Source of the DNA: Callorhinchus milii
Lineage: Eukaryota
NCBI RefSeq assembly: GCF_018977255.1
Contig: NW_024704742.1
Location: 35,838,001-35,902,000 of the forward strand
Direction of reading: 5' to 3'
Length of the DNA: 64,000 bases
Below, piece after piece: positions 50,778 to 62,240 of this stretch. The first letter of the stretch is position 1; the number at the start of each line of letters is the position of its first letter. The position numbers were made by a program, and so were the translations under genes. Below the pieces are notes generated by a model. It did no database searches. It saw only the letters and a list, made by a program, of their open reading frames with translations, and was not told the DNA's origin.

Positions 50778-51140
50778 TAGAAACATAGGAATTGCTGGAT
50801 GAAAAAAGACCAATTATCCATCTATTTCGCATTCTACCATGTTGTCGCATGCTAGAATGATTGTTGATAGCAATTAATTCTGTATGGATTAGTCTACAAC
50901 AGAGCTGAAAGCTTTGGGAACCTTATATCCAAAGTAGCCTGGTTCTTCCAAGCATACTACACTTACTATATGTCATGTCTCAAATTACTCATATACTGTA
51001 TCCCAAAATATTTTTTTAAAAAGAAATCTATCTAATTTGAATCAATCAACGCTTTCTGCTTCCTCTGTCTCCTTTGGGGACTTGTTCCATAGATTTACCA
51101 CTCACTGATTGAAATAGTGTTCCCACTATTTCATATTAAC
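50778..51140 (-). mobile_element. CR1 LINE 3' end
   Basis: Reverse complement of the CR1 end at 1355-1572 (GCTGGATGAAAAAAGACCAA; AGAAATCTATCTAATTTG; TTCCATAGATTTACCACTC). Confidence 0.8.
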
Positions 51141-51240
51141 CACAATACTCTGGGTAGCTCAGTCAATTTACTTGGAATGAGAAGATTCTGAATTTACAAT
51201 CCAATGGATCTATTCAGCCATTTGCCCTTTTAAGGTATAT

Positions 51241-52692
51241 AACAACAACAAATTACATTTCTATAGCGCCTTTCACGTCGGGAGGACATCCCCAGGCGCT
51301 GGACAGACAGAGTTATGGACTCGAGCTGAGGGTCGGGGTGGGGAGGGTGGAGGGCAGGGGGGGAAGCAGGGAGATCGAAAGCATGGTCGAAGAGGAGAGT
51401 TCCAGAGGGTGGGTGCAGAGTGCCGGAAGGACCACCTGTCGATAGTGAGGTGAGCAAGGCGGGGGACGTGAAGTAGACCGGAGCCCACTAAGTGAGGGAG
51501 CGAACAGGATTGTGGGGGGTTAGGAAGTCGGAGAGGTAGGGGGTAGCAAGACTGTGGAGGGCTTTGACAGTGAGGATCAAGATCTTGAGCTGTATCCTCT
51601 GTGTGATGGGAAGTCAGTGGAGTTGGGCAAGGATGGGGTTGATAGGGTCGCGTAGCCTGGTGCAGGAGAGGACACGGGCTGCAGAGTCCTGGATGATCTG
51701 CAGCCTGTGGAGGGAGGAATTGGGGAGGCCAACAAGCTGTGAGTTTACATCGTCGAGCCTCGATGTTATGAATGCGTGTATGAGGGTTTCGGCGGCCTGC
51801 GGTGAGAGACAGTGGTGGAGCTGGGCGACGTTGCAGAGGTGGCGGAAGGCAGAGCGGGTCATGGTGCTGACGGGAGCCATCAGGAGAGCCTCGGTCTTGT
51901 TGACGTTCAACTGAAGAAAGTTTGCTCTCATCCAGGACTTGATGTCTGACAGACATTCTGTCAGCACAGCAGTGGTCCTGGAGTCAAGGATGGAGGCAGA
52001 GAGGTACAGTTGGGTGTCATCTTTATACATGTGGAAGTTGACCCCATGTCTGCGGATGATGTCACCAAGAGAGAGCATATAGATGTTGAAGAGGAGGGGA
52101 CCAAGGACAGAGCCCTGAGGAGCGCTGCAAGAGATGGTCTGGGGGCTAGAGGAGAAGCCGTTTGAGGAGATGAAGTGCAGGCGGTGTGAGAGGTAAAATC
52201 TAAACCAATCAAGGACAGCGCTGTGGAGGTTGAGGTGAGAGGACAGGCAGTGGATGAGGATAGAGTGGTTGACGGTGTTGAAAGCAGCAAAGAAGTCAAA
52301 AAGGATGAGGAGGCAGAGGGAGCCCTGGTCACAGATGGACAGAATGTCATTTGTCACTTTGACCAGGGCGGTTTCTGTGCTGTGGGTGGCACGGAAGCCC
52401 GATTGGAGGGGTTCGAGAAGGGAGTGGCGGGAGAGGAAGGAGCAAAGCTGAGAAGCAACAATTCGTTCCAGCACCTTGGAGAAGAAGGGGAGGTTGGAGA
52501 TGGGGCGGTAGTTAGGGAGCAGAGAATGGTCCAGGGAGGGTTTTTTAAGGATAGGCATGATGACACCAGTTTTTAAAGGGTTGGGAACAGTACCAGAGGA
52601 CAGGGAGAGATTAACAATGTCAGTAAGTAGAGGGGCAAGGAGGTGGAGCTGTGAGGTAAGGAAGGGGGTAGGGATGGGGTCAAGGGAGCAGA
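51241..52692 (-). mobile_element. 5'-truncated L2 LINE (subfamily B) with RT remnant (ORF 51614-52558)
   Basis: [41 protein letters not shown] and YKDDTQLY; internal deletions; (TTG)n tail. Confidence 0.97.
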
Positions 52693-52719
52693 TGAGTATC
52701 CTATTGAAAAAATATCCTT

Positions 52720-53090
52720 GAGAACAGAAAATGTTGAGGGAAGAACTGATAAAGATCTTTTGTATTCTGAGAAGTTTTTATACAGTCGTTAGAGTGAAAT
52801 TATTTCCATTGATGAATCAGTGATTAGAGGGGATCAATTTAAACTGGAAAGTGAGGAAAGGGAGAGATTAAGAGGATTTTTTTTTACTCAGAGTGTTGTT
52901 AGGAATTCCCTGCCAGGTGAGTTGGTTGAGGCAGGATCCATTTTAGTGTTCAAGAAGGAACTAAATTGATATCTAAAAAGGAATAATTTGCAGAAGTATA
53001 CGTAAATGGGACTGACTGGTTGCTCTTTCAAAGAGTAGCACAGACATGGTGGCCTTCTTCTATGATGTTAAATTCTATTGTTCTATAGTC
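52720..53090 (+). mobile_element. CR1 LINE 3' fragment
   Basis: TTTTTTACTCAGAGTGTTGTT...CCCTGCCAGG..TGGTTGAGGCAGG...GTTCAAGAAGGAACT; TTCTATTG terminal repeats. Confidence 0.85.
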
Positions 53091-53212
53091 ACCACACTTG
53101 ATAGTAAATTCCTGTGAAGTGCTTTGAGGTATTTTGACACAATAAAGCACGATTAAAAATGTTCTTCTACTACAGGCAACAATGATTGTTTTTCAATTGC
53201 TAAGTGTATATA

Positions 53213-53610
53213 TAATAATAATAATAACCCTTCTATTTGATATAGCGCCTTATCACATCCTCGAGACATCTCAAAGCGCTTGCAGGAAGGCATTACTATC
53301 TTATTCAAAGTACGTTTTGAGCATCTGGCAAATGGTGAACCGGTTAATCCCTCAAACATTCAATATGTGAATATTCCCTATTTTACAATAAAATATAAGA
53401 ATCCTTGAATTTGATATAGTGCCTATAACATCAAAATATCTCAAAGCGCTTCACAGGGGCTTGCTGTAAATTGCAATGATTGTGTGTTTATAGGCAAATG
53501 CAACAGCCAATTTACGCATAGCAAAATCCCACAAACAGTCATGAAGTAACTAACCCATTTTCATCTGAGGATTGCTAACCAAGATATTAGGAGAAATTCG
53601 ATTCTCTTGA
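53213..53610 (-). mobile_element. Two antisense Deu SINE pieces (tail 53213-53281; body 53400-53610)
   Basis: TTTGATATAGCGCCTTATCAC..., TCAAAGCGCTTCACAGG and CCCACAAACAGTC. Confidence 0.85.
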
Positions 53611-53614
53611 GGAA

Positions 53615-53848
53615 GCTATTAGTCGATTGGCAGATGGCTTTTCCGGGGGTAACAATTCCTTCAAAAAAATATTAATGAAATGGCCACTCAATTGATGACT
53701 GTTTGTGGGACACTGCTGTGCTCAATTGGCTGCCGTATTTCGCCTATAAAATATACAGTCAATCCACTTTACAATATATCCTATGAAGCACTTTGAGAAG
53801 TCTCAACAACGTGATAAGGCACTATATCAATTGCAAGGATTATTATAT
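53615..53848 (+). mobile_element. Deu SINE, long subfamily (TCAAC loop), 5'-truncated
   Basis: TTAGTCGATTGGCAGAT..TTCCGGGGGTAAC..Deu core..tail. Confidence 0.93.
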
Positions 53849-55034
53849 TGAAATTATGATTTCCAGCCAATTACATGTATTGTTTTATCAGCCCAGCTTT
53901 TTAGTGCCCAAAGCAGTTTGTTTCATCCAGACTAGATCCATCTGACCACATAGAGCAAATACAAATAGTACTTCCAAACATTTTTCAACTATTTAATTAT
54001 GTGCAACACAAAGTTTCAGCATTATGTCAAAAAAAATTTTTAAGCTTGGCTGGCAAGAATTCATCCTTTCAGTTTACAAGTGAGAAGGAATAAATAACTG
54101 GAGGCTGATAATTATATGCCTCATGTTTCGCCCCATTGACAAATTATAAACATTATGTGTCACAGGACAGTTTTTAATCTATCAATATTTTTTGATGGCA
54201 TAGTAAAAAAAATTGCTAGGTGGTGAATTTCCATTTTTAGTACATTTACAATTTCAGTAACAATGACAACTGGCTTTCTTTTCAAAAGTGCCTTCACTGG
54301 TACTATTCTGCAACAGATAAATATTCTAATTTACAAATTTCAGTTAATAATAACAATCCTTATATTTGATATAGCATGTTTCATGTCAGTTCTCAAAGCC
54401 CTTCAAAGAGTTGAATTGAATTGCATCTTATTGCTCGCATTTCCTGAGTTGATTTCTAAATGTTAATTGCTTCATTTTTATTTTGTGTAGCGATGTATTA
54501 AATCATTCAGCACCGTGCTGCAAAAATGAGTCTAATTGCTGGTTGATTAGGTATTAGGAATGTTGATCTCTAATTCGAGTTTGTATTGATAACTGCTCTA
54601 ACAGAATTTTGAGTGATTTTCAATTTTTGTTGATGTTTAAAAAAATGTTTGCAGAAATTCATTCAGTATTTTCACTTTTTTTCCTGCTAAAACACATTAA
54701 ATGTTATGCGATTTTTTCCTCTCAATTATGAACACGTTTGTTTATTAATAATAGTTTGCCTCTATAAAAAAAACTTTCATGTCATGTATATTGAGTTCTG
54801 TCGGGGAAGATGGGGAAGAGGCTTGTTGTGGCTGGAAAGAACAATGAATAGATCAGATAAGGGAAAATGATTTGGTTGTGGAAAATATGACTTATGTTAA
54901 TAAGAGTACTTTCAAGAGCACAGCATTTTTAGTCCATGTATCCACAGTTAGAGGACATGAAAAGTGAATTTATACACTATGTTTTGTGGAACATGTGATG
55001 CATTTTCCCTGTAGATGTTCCACAATTCCACACT

Positions 55035-55126
55035 CTGGGAGTGGGATTGATTTGTATAGCTATTTTAAAAGACACAATGGGCCGAATGGCCTCCTTCTAT
55101 GCTGTTCAACTCTATGATTCTATGAA
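55035..55126 (+). mobile_element. CR1 3' terminus
   Basis: ATGGGCCGAATGGCCTCCTTCT...CTCTATGATTCTATGA. Confidence 0.85.
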
Positions 55127-55204
55127 CTTAAGTATCTGTAAAATGGATCCTTAGCTAATGAATCTCATCAATCCAGCTATGGTCATATAAATGTTAAACT
55201 TTAT

Positions 55205-55270
55205 AACAACCACAAAATTACATTTGTATAGCGCCTTTCATATCGGGAGGACATCCCAAGGCACTGGACA
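55205..55270 (-). mobile_element. L2 3' tail only
   Basis: CAAAATTACATTTGTATAGCGCCTTTCATATCGGGAGGACATCCCAAGG. Confidence 0.9.
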
Positions 55271-55730
55271 TTTCAGAGGCTTAGGAATAACTAAGGGTGG
55301 TGTAGAATTGTCTTAAAATATCAAAACTCAACACATTAAACAGTGTAGATGATCACTTTATTTTTATCCTTCTAAAAAAAATTGAATAGATATAAAAAAG
55401 ATAAATCTCTTAAATAGACATTTTATTTATAGCAGAATCGGTGGCTGGGACAGCAAAAAATAACAAGTTGAATAAACAATTTGCTTTCCGTGAGTTCAAA
55501 TTATCATTTAAACCCACAAAATTCTGCCAAGAATTTGGGGCACCATCAATAAAGATTGTTGTAACTTTACATAAAAACTAAGAGAAGAGAACTTGGAGTG
55601 CATAAGGCTGACACTTTGAGGAATAAAGATGACTTCACATAATGGAAGCTAAAAAGTAGACCTTCAGCTCAATCCTAAAACGTGTTTCCTTTTGAAGTGC
55701 AATCCCACCAGCTGTTATTCTCTGTGGTCA

Positions 55731-55755
55731 TATATATATATATATATATATATAT
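55731..55755. repeat. (TA)n microsatellite
   Basis: Direct reading. Confidence 0.95.
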
Positions 55756-55769
55756 TTCTATAATATTGT

Positions 55770-56084
55770 GGAGTCCTGTAGCTCAGTGGTTAGAGCAATC
55801 ACCTTGCAAGCAAGACACCTGGGTTCAATTCCAGGCAGGGCGAAACCTTGGGCAAGTTTCCTTCCTCTCCACACACTGAATAATAATCCCTCCAAAACAA
55901 AAAAAATGGATCATTTTCAATCCACGACTGTTTATGGGACATTGCTGTGCGCAATTGGCTGCCGCGTTTCGCCCACAAATATACCGTCAATTAACTTTAC
56001 AGCATATTCTGTGAAGCGCTTTGAGACCTCTAGAAGACGTGAAAAGCGCTATATCAAATGCAAGGATTATTATTATATTATTAT
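55770..56084 (+). mobile_element. Full-length Deu SINE, short subfamily with TAGAA loop
   Basis: GGAGTCCTGTAGCTCAGTGG head, B box GGTTCAATTCC, Deu core and tail. Confidence 0.95.
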
Positions 56085-56094
56085 ATTTCCTGTA

Positions 56095-56250
56095 GACAAA
56101 CGCAGCCGCCAATTTGTGCACATAAATGCCCCGCAAACAGTCATGAGTGTTAAACCAACTTTGTATCTAGGGAATCGTTGGTCAGTCTACCGGGAGAAAC
56201 TCCCATTTCTTTTCATATAGTGCCATGGGATCTTTTATGTCCACCTAACA
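56095..56250 (-). mobile_element. SacSINE1-like DeuSINE fragment
   Basis: GCAGCCGCCAATTTGTGCAC...ACCGGGAGAAACTCCC...ATAGTGCCATGGGATCTTTTATGTCCACC. Confidence 0.8.
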
Positions 56251-57924
56251 GGCTTATGAAAAAAAAGACTTTGACTTAGATGAGTTGACCCCGCTTGATA
56301 TTGCAAGGATGTAAATGAGCAATTTTGAAAATTAATCTATTAATAGATTCTTCTTGGCTTTTTATAGCATAAAAAGCTGAGACTAATTATCCTACGGATT
56401 CCTTCAGTTAATACTTCTCTTTTAGATGATATGTATGATGTATAGCTTATTTAAGGTCATGTATCATTATTCAGATCGAGAATGATAGTATCCATTTTCA
56501 TTGAACAATGTACTTTGAATTAGAACGCTGTCAAAAATCTAACAAATCGTTCTGTCACAAAACTGAATAAGAAACAAAGGTAAAATATTCTGACAATTAT
56601 TTTTCCCTGATATTAATAACTGCCTTTTGCCTTAGGACTGTGATATAGAAATGTTCTCTGTTACTTTTGACAAGTCTGAAAAAAAATGGATGTTGTGGTA
56701 ATAAAATACCAGGTAATTGTAATTATGTCTGTATCGAATTGCAGGAATAAAGCAAATAGCTTTATTGCTTCTCTTTGATGGTAATCTTCTGAATGATTTA
56801 TGATTAATTAAAGGAAACTACTCCCTTTAATGTCAAAGATCAGACAGCCACGGTTTGAATGACAGGAAACAGCAATGATATATTTGATTGCTTTGTACTT
56901 AATGATTGATACTTTGTCTGTTTAAAAAATTAAAAAAGGAAAACATTATATGGAGTTTATAATTTCATAGGATTTTATTTTGCCCATTGTGCTGGCCGTT
57001 TCTAAGATTTTGTTTCCAACAGCTTTCATGAATAGCCTTTTGTGTTAACCAAAGAAAGGTCCAATTTATTTTATTAGATGAAAGTGATGACTTAACACTT
57101 AGTTATTAATGTACAAAGCTGAAGTGAATCAGATATTCACTAACTTCTTAAATGGTTTATGATTAATGCTGTCAGTTGTCACCTTTGTATAAAAATGCTC
57201 ATAGTTTGACAAACTAATTTTTCATTAAGATGTACATACATTTAGAAACTTATTTTCTTTCACTTTAGTGTCAAATGCATGTATTCTATTTGATACCCAC
57301 TGGTCAAAACCTAGAAATGAGGGAAGGTGAGCTAATATGTTTATCTTTCTACCTTACCCAATCAATATTACACTAATAATAATAATTATTATTATATTAC
57401 ACTAGGATTCTTACATAATCCATCAGTTTAAAGATGTTGTATTTGAAGAATTTCTTAAAAGATCTAAAAACAGTATTTTTCAACAGAATATTGACTTGCG
57501 GGAACTTCACTTTGGAAGCAGATTTAATTATACCAGAATTCCTGTGGGTCTGCATAACGTAATATTTGGTCCTGGAATCTTCATTTGAACATCTCAGATT
57601 TCTTTTCAAGGAATCTCATCAAAATTATCGCAAATTAGAGCCCAGGAGCTCTGCATATTTGATGCACAGCACTGTCTGATTGCGCTTTGAGATGCTAACC
57701 TGTGTGAAGAGCACTATATAAATGTAAATTGCTGTTAATATTTCTAATTTTCTAAAGACTTTTTATTTTCTTGAAGTAGAGCTCCGGTTTCAGTTTTAAG
57801 TAAACTAAAATGTTTTACTTTTTTAAGAGTCAATGGGAAAGAGATAGCAACATCTAATGTGAACATTTTCACAACATTTTCCATTTTCTTCCTCATCTCC
57901 ACTCCACAGTACTACTTGGAAATC

Positions 57925-58195
57925 ATTCCAGGCAGGTCAGGGCGAAACCTTGGGCAAGTTTCCTTACTCCACACGCCTAATAATAATCCCTCCAAAACCC
58001 AAAACAATAATAAATTGTTCATTTTCAATCTACGACTGTTTGTGGGACATTGCTGTGCGCAATTGGCTGCCGCGTTCGCCCTCAAATATACAGTCAATTC
58101 ACTTTACAGTATATTCTGTGAAGCGCTTTGGGACGTCCTCCCGACGTGAAAAGCGCTATATCAAATGCAAGGATTATTATTATTATTATTATTAT
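57925..58195 (+). mobile_element. Deu SINE, short subfamily (CTCCC loop), 5'-truncated
   Basis: Near-identical to 45447-45760. Confidence 0.95.
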
Positions 58196-58750
58196 TGGCT
58201 GGTTGGGTAGGGCCTTTTATATCTTTCACAATGCACTCACTCAGTGTGCTTTAAGCTTCTGCTAATTCAGAATCAAAAGATTTATTTTGATGAGCCGGGT
58301 GTCTAACACCTACAAAAACCCATTGCTATGCTTAAGAGTAAACAAACTGAGAGTTCCACATGTGCATGTCAACTCCATAAGGAAACTAGACTTGGACCAT
58401 AGAACATCAAAGTTGGCACATCACAAGGTATCCTACATAGGTCCTTCTACCACACTGAAGGCAGATGTCTGACGAATATCTAATGAGCAAATTCTGAGGC
58501 TTGGATCAAGAGTCTGGAGTCTGGATTTCTGAACACATATTCAATAGATAACACAACGCTAGAGGATTTCTAAATCTTTCCCCCTCCCTCCCTTACAAAC
58601 GTTTCCCCCGTCATTGTATTCATACACAGTGAACTCTTTCAAAGTTGATATTAGTGATTGCTCACCATTCTAACTTCTAAGATTGATTACTAAAGTATAC
58701 AAGTGCAGTAAACTGGGTTCAATGTCTCAACGAGCCATGAAACCATAGCC

Positions 58751-58940
58751 GACTTCCGAGTCATTAGATTGCTGCTGACATCTCTTTCTGCGCATGCATG
58801 TTATGGGCATTGTGAAGTGCGATCAGAGGCACTTCCTGCACATCGTGCAAGATGTGATGGTAGTGGCATCCCCTGTGCATAGTGTACAAACGTGCAATAC
58901 GCAGGAAGTGACATCATTGAGACCCGATGACCCAGAAGTC
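58751..58940. mobile_element. Degenerate MITE-like inverted-repeat element
   Basis: GACTTCCGAGTCAT (58751) versus ATGACCCAGAAGTC (58927-58940); about 50-bp colinear arms. Confidence 0.6.
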
Positions 58941-59654
58941 AGACATTTTCAGTGCAGGAAACTGGTTATTCAGTGCTGTAATCCAGGACCCTGCCTCTCT
59001 TCCCATTTCTCACTGTGCTGCTTCGTGCCTCGTACAACCTCGTGAGAGGCAGTGTGGAGAGTGATGGGAAATGAGGCAGCATGAGATATGAGAGATATGA
59101 GATAGCACAGGAGTTGGAGTCAGAGGTATGAGGCAGTGTGGAGAGTGAATGGAATGTGGCGCCACTAATGGCCCATCGACCACCCACCTCACCACCACCC
59201 AATTGGAAAGTCTGGCTCTGCCGTTGATGGTAGTGACAAGTCACACTGTCATGCAGCCAGATGTGTGGAGAGAAATAGAGGTGTTTATGTCATGCAGTAA
59301 TGGTCAGTCAAAGTGTGCACTTGAAAATATTTTATTCAGTGAAGGGTCATTGTACCTCCATTCGGATTCTAATGGTTGGAAAGGTTAATGTATTCTATAA
59401 TGTTACAAGTGATATTGGTGGCGACTGATATTCTGGAAGATGGTCATTTTTTAATAAGTGTTACAGTGAATGTGGAAGCACAGATTGACAATTGTGTCTT
59501 ATTGTGATCCTGTTTGGGATTTTATGGACCCCAACTACAGTGTTGGAGCAGGGCTCTACTGCAAACCATTCACAATTTAAACTGCAACTTTCTGGGAAGT
59601 TGACTTTTCCTCTAAGGGAGCATAGAGGCGCTGCTCAAATTATTCTTGCATAAT

Positions 59655-59852
59655 TAGCAATAATTAAGGCAAACAGGATGCTGGGCTGTTTTGCTAAATC
59701 GGATGAGTTCAGATCCCCAGACGTCACACACTAGACTCATTTAATAAGCTGCTTGATGTAGTGATGGGGGGACGGTAGGCTGGGTGTTCTGGAGAGATGA
59801 GATTAGATGGGTTGAAGGGCCTCTTTCATCCAGACCAATCTTGCGATTTTGT
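59655..59852 (+). mobile_element. CR1 fragment (internally deleted)
   Basis: KANRMLGCFAKS motif joined to a 3' UTR like that at 18200-18290. Confidence 0.75.
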
Positions 59853-60964
59853 ATATATACATATATACATATTTTCCTTGAGCATATTATTTGTATTTGA
59901 TTAACAATTTCAAATGATTTTTTTAAACAAATTGATAATAAATGTAATAGAGATGGATAAGTATGTTTCGCCTCAAAACAGTATTTATGAAATATGTTTT
60001 TTTTTAAAGTTTGATTCATCTGCTTTTGTAGAGTTGTGTAAAGGTGACTGAATAGGTTCATAAGAAAAGTAAACTTAGATTGTTCATGACAATTATTTTC
60101 ACCCCCTCTTCTCTACCCGTCCCTCCCCCCGCCCTGCACACAATCTAGACCCATTTCGTCCAATTCATTTTTCCCAAACAGAAGTGTTTTTCTTGCATCA
60201 ACAAAAGGCACCAGTAAATGTAAGATTACTGTCATCAGAGCAGCCAATGGAAGCCAAAGTGGATTTGAGTTCAATTTGTAAGCAGATAGTTTTAACTTTA
60301 CTTTGCAGCCTTCTTTAGCTCTCTGTAGCTCTTACATTGACTGCCATGCAATGCAGTGATTTAAGTCTATGATCATCGGAGGTCGGCACTCTTGAATGTT
60401 ACCCTCTCCGAGGAAGAACACACAGCTGTCGTAATCCCGACATTTTTCAAGTCCTTGTGGGATGAGTGGTTCTGTTCCATTAATGACAGTTGTTCTCATT
60501 GTCACAGACACTCTAAGATTGTGAAGCCTCAGCAAAATAGAGACGGCCTTGAGTCACGTCAGGATAATACACAATGCTTCATACAAACTTTACATTTTGT
60601 ACATTTTGCTGCATGATAGTCAGTGATGAATGCTTTTTGGCATTGATCAGAAGATCCATATGTAGTTACTCCATTCTCTGAAAGCCAGTGAACAGCTGGG
60701 AAATTGTTAAAACACCACCTGATATCAGCAGCAACTGAACAATTTTTTCAGTTGCTGAAGCGTGCTTGCAGCCACAAGGCAACAGGGATTTATATTTTTA
60801 AAGAGGAACAGAAGTGCAGGACAGAACTTTCACTATGAAGTACTCCTGCTTTTAGTTAGTGTAAAGAAGTGACTGAATGCTGTTGTTACTGAGCAGGAGC
60901 AGTATAATCATGCTGTGAGATGGCATAATAATAAAAAGCCTTGCATTTGATTATAGTGTCTTAT

Positions 60965-61081
60965 GTGTTTCACCCACAAAATATACAGTCAATTCACTTT
61001 GCAGTACATTCCGTGAAGGCTTTGAGACATCTCAACAACGTGATAAGACGTTATTTCAAATCCAAGGATTATTAGTATTAT
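60965..61081 (+). mobile_element. Deu SINE 3' part (TCAAC loop)
   Basis: CCCACAAAATATACAGTCAATTCACTTT...GAGACATCTCAACAACGTGATAAG. Confidence 0.9.
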
Positions 61082-61384
61082 GCCGAAACAGCTTGAAGCT
61101 CTTCACAGAATTTTATGTAAAGTGACTGTTTATCTGTAAGCAAACATTCTCCTTTACCTGACCTGTTGCACCTGGGACACTTTGAGCTCTGGACACTGGA
61201 GCATTGAGTGTGCACAAAGCTACTTTCTGGTGTACACCTATCAACCTGGTTACCAGTGTGGATTTGGCTGGTCCTGGAATGTTGGATTTACATTGGTATC
61301 AAAGTTGTCTGGATTCTAACATTATTCAGTTCCATCTATTATACCACATCAAGAACATGAAAGTCCATTGTACAGTGTTACAGG

Positions 61385-61615
61385 AAACAGAAGTATTTAA
61401 CATTTCCAGCACAAAAAATAGCCATTTGGCCCAACTAATGCATGCTGGTGTTTAAACTCCACATGAGATTCCACCCCTCCTAATCCCCTGTTCCGTATCT
61501 CTTTATTCCCTCCTCCCTCATCCATGTATTAAGTTTCTTCTTAAATTGATTGATGCTTTTGCTTCAATTACAGCTTCTGGCACCGAGTTTCACTTTCTCA
61601 CCACTCTGAGTAAAG
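61385..61615 (-). mobile_element. CR1 3' end
   Basis: GCCATTTGGCCCAACT...CTGGTGTTTAAACTCCAC...TTCTCACCACTCTG; reverse CR1 end. Confidence 0.75.
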
Positions 61616-61900
61616 ACAACATTCCACAGCAGTGCAGAAACCACTAGGTCACCTACAAAATACACAGTCACTGCACTTTCCAATAAAGGGCTTTGAGATA
61701 GCCACCTAACATGAGAGGCGCCATATCAATTGCAAAGATTATTATTTTAATTACAAGATCATTATTACTCCCATGGAATATTTGCTCAAATCTCTATGAT
61801 TTCAATATCCTTCTCAACCAGATATACATTTTTTGCAGAAATTAAACAAAAGCATTGATTGGCTTTGATATGTTTGTGAATAATAATAATACATGAATAG

Positions 61901-62240
61901 TAATAATAATCCTTGTATTTGTCTTATCACATTGTTGAAACGTCTCAAAGCATTTCACAGAATATATTGTAAAGTTTAAATTTTATGGTTGAAACGTGGC
62001 AGCCAATTGCACTCAGCAGTGTCCCACAAACAGTCGTGGATTGAGTGACTAAATTATTATTTTTTATTTTTTCAAAGGGATTATTACCCCCAGAAAGCAA
62101 TCTGGTAATCGATTAACAATTGGGTTCCAACTTACTGATAGGTAAACAGAGGCATGTGGTGGAAGGAAACTTGCCTAAGGTCTTGCCCTGGTCCTCCACT
62201 TTGCGAGGCGAGTGTTCATACCAATACGCTACAGGACTCC
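61901..62240 (-). mobile_element. Full-length Deu SINE, long subfamily (TCAAC loop)
   Basis: Ends at the reverse complement of GGAGTCCTGTAGC; long internal segment present. Confidence 0.93.

Noticed and set aside
55768..56220. 150-aa ORF (and similar ORFs at 45364-45783 and 57859-58210)
   Set aside because: Read-through of SINE sequence; the same peptide recurs in every SINE copy
58312..58320. Perfect RSS nonamer ACAAAAACC
   Set aside because: No CACAGTG-like heptamer at 12- or 23-bp spacing
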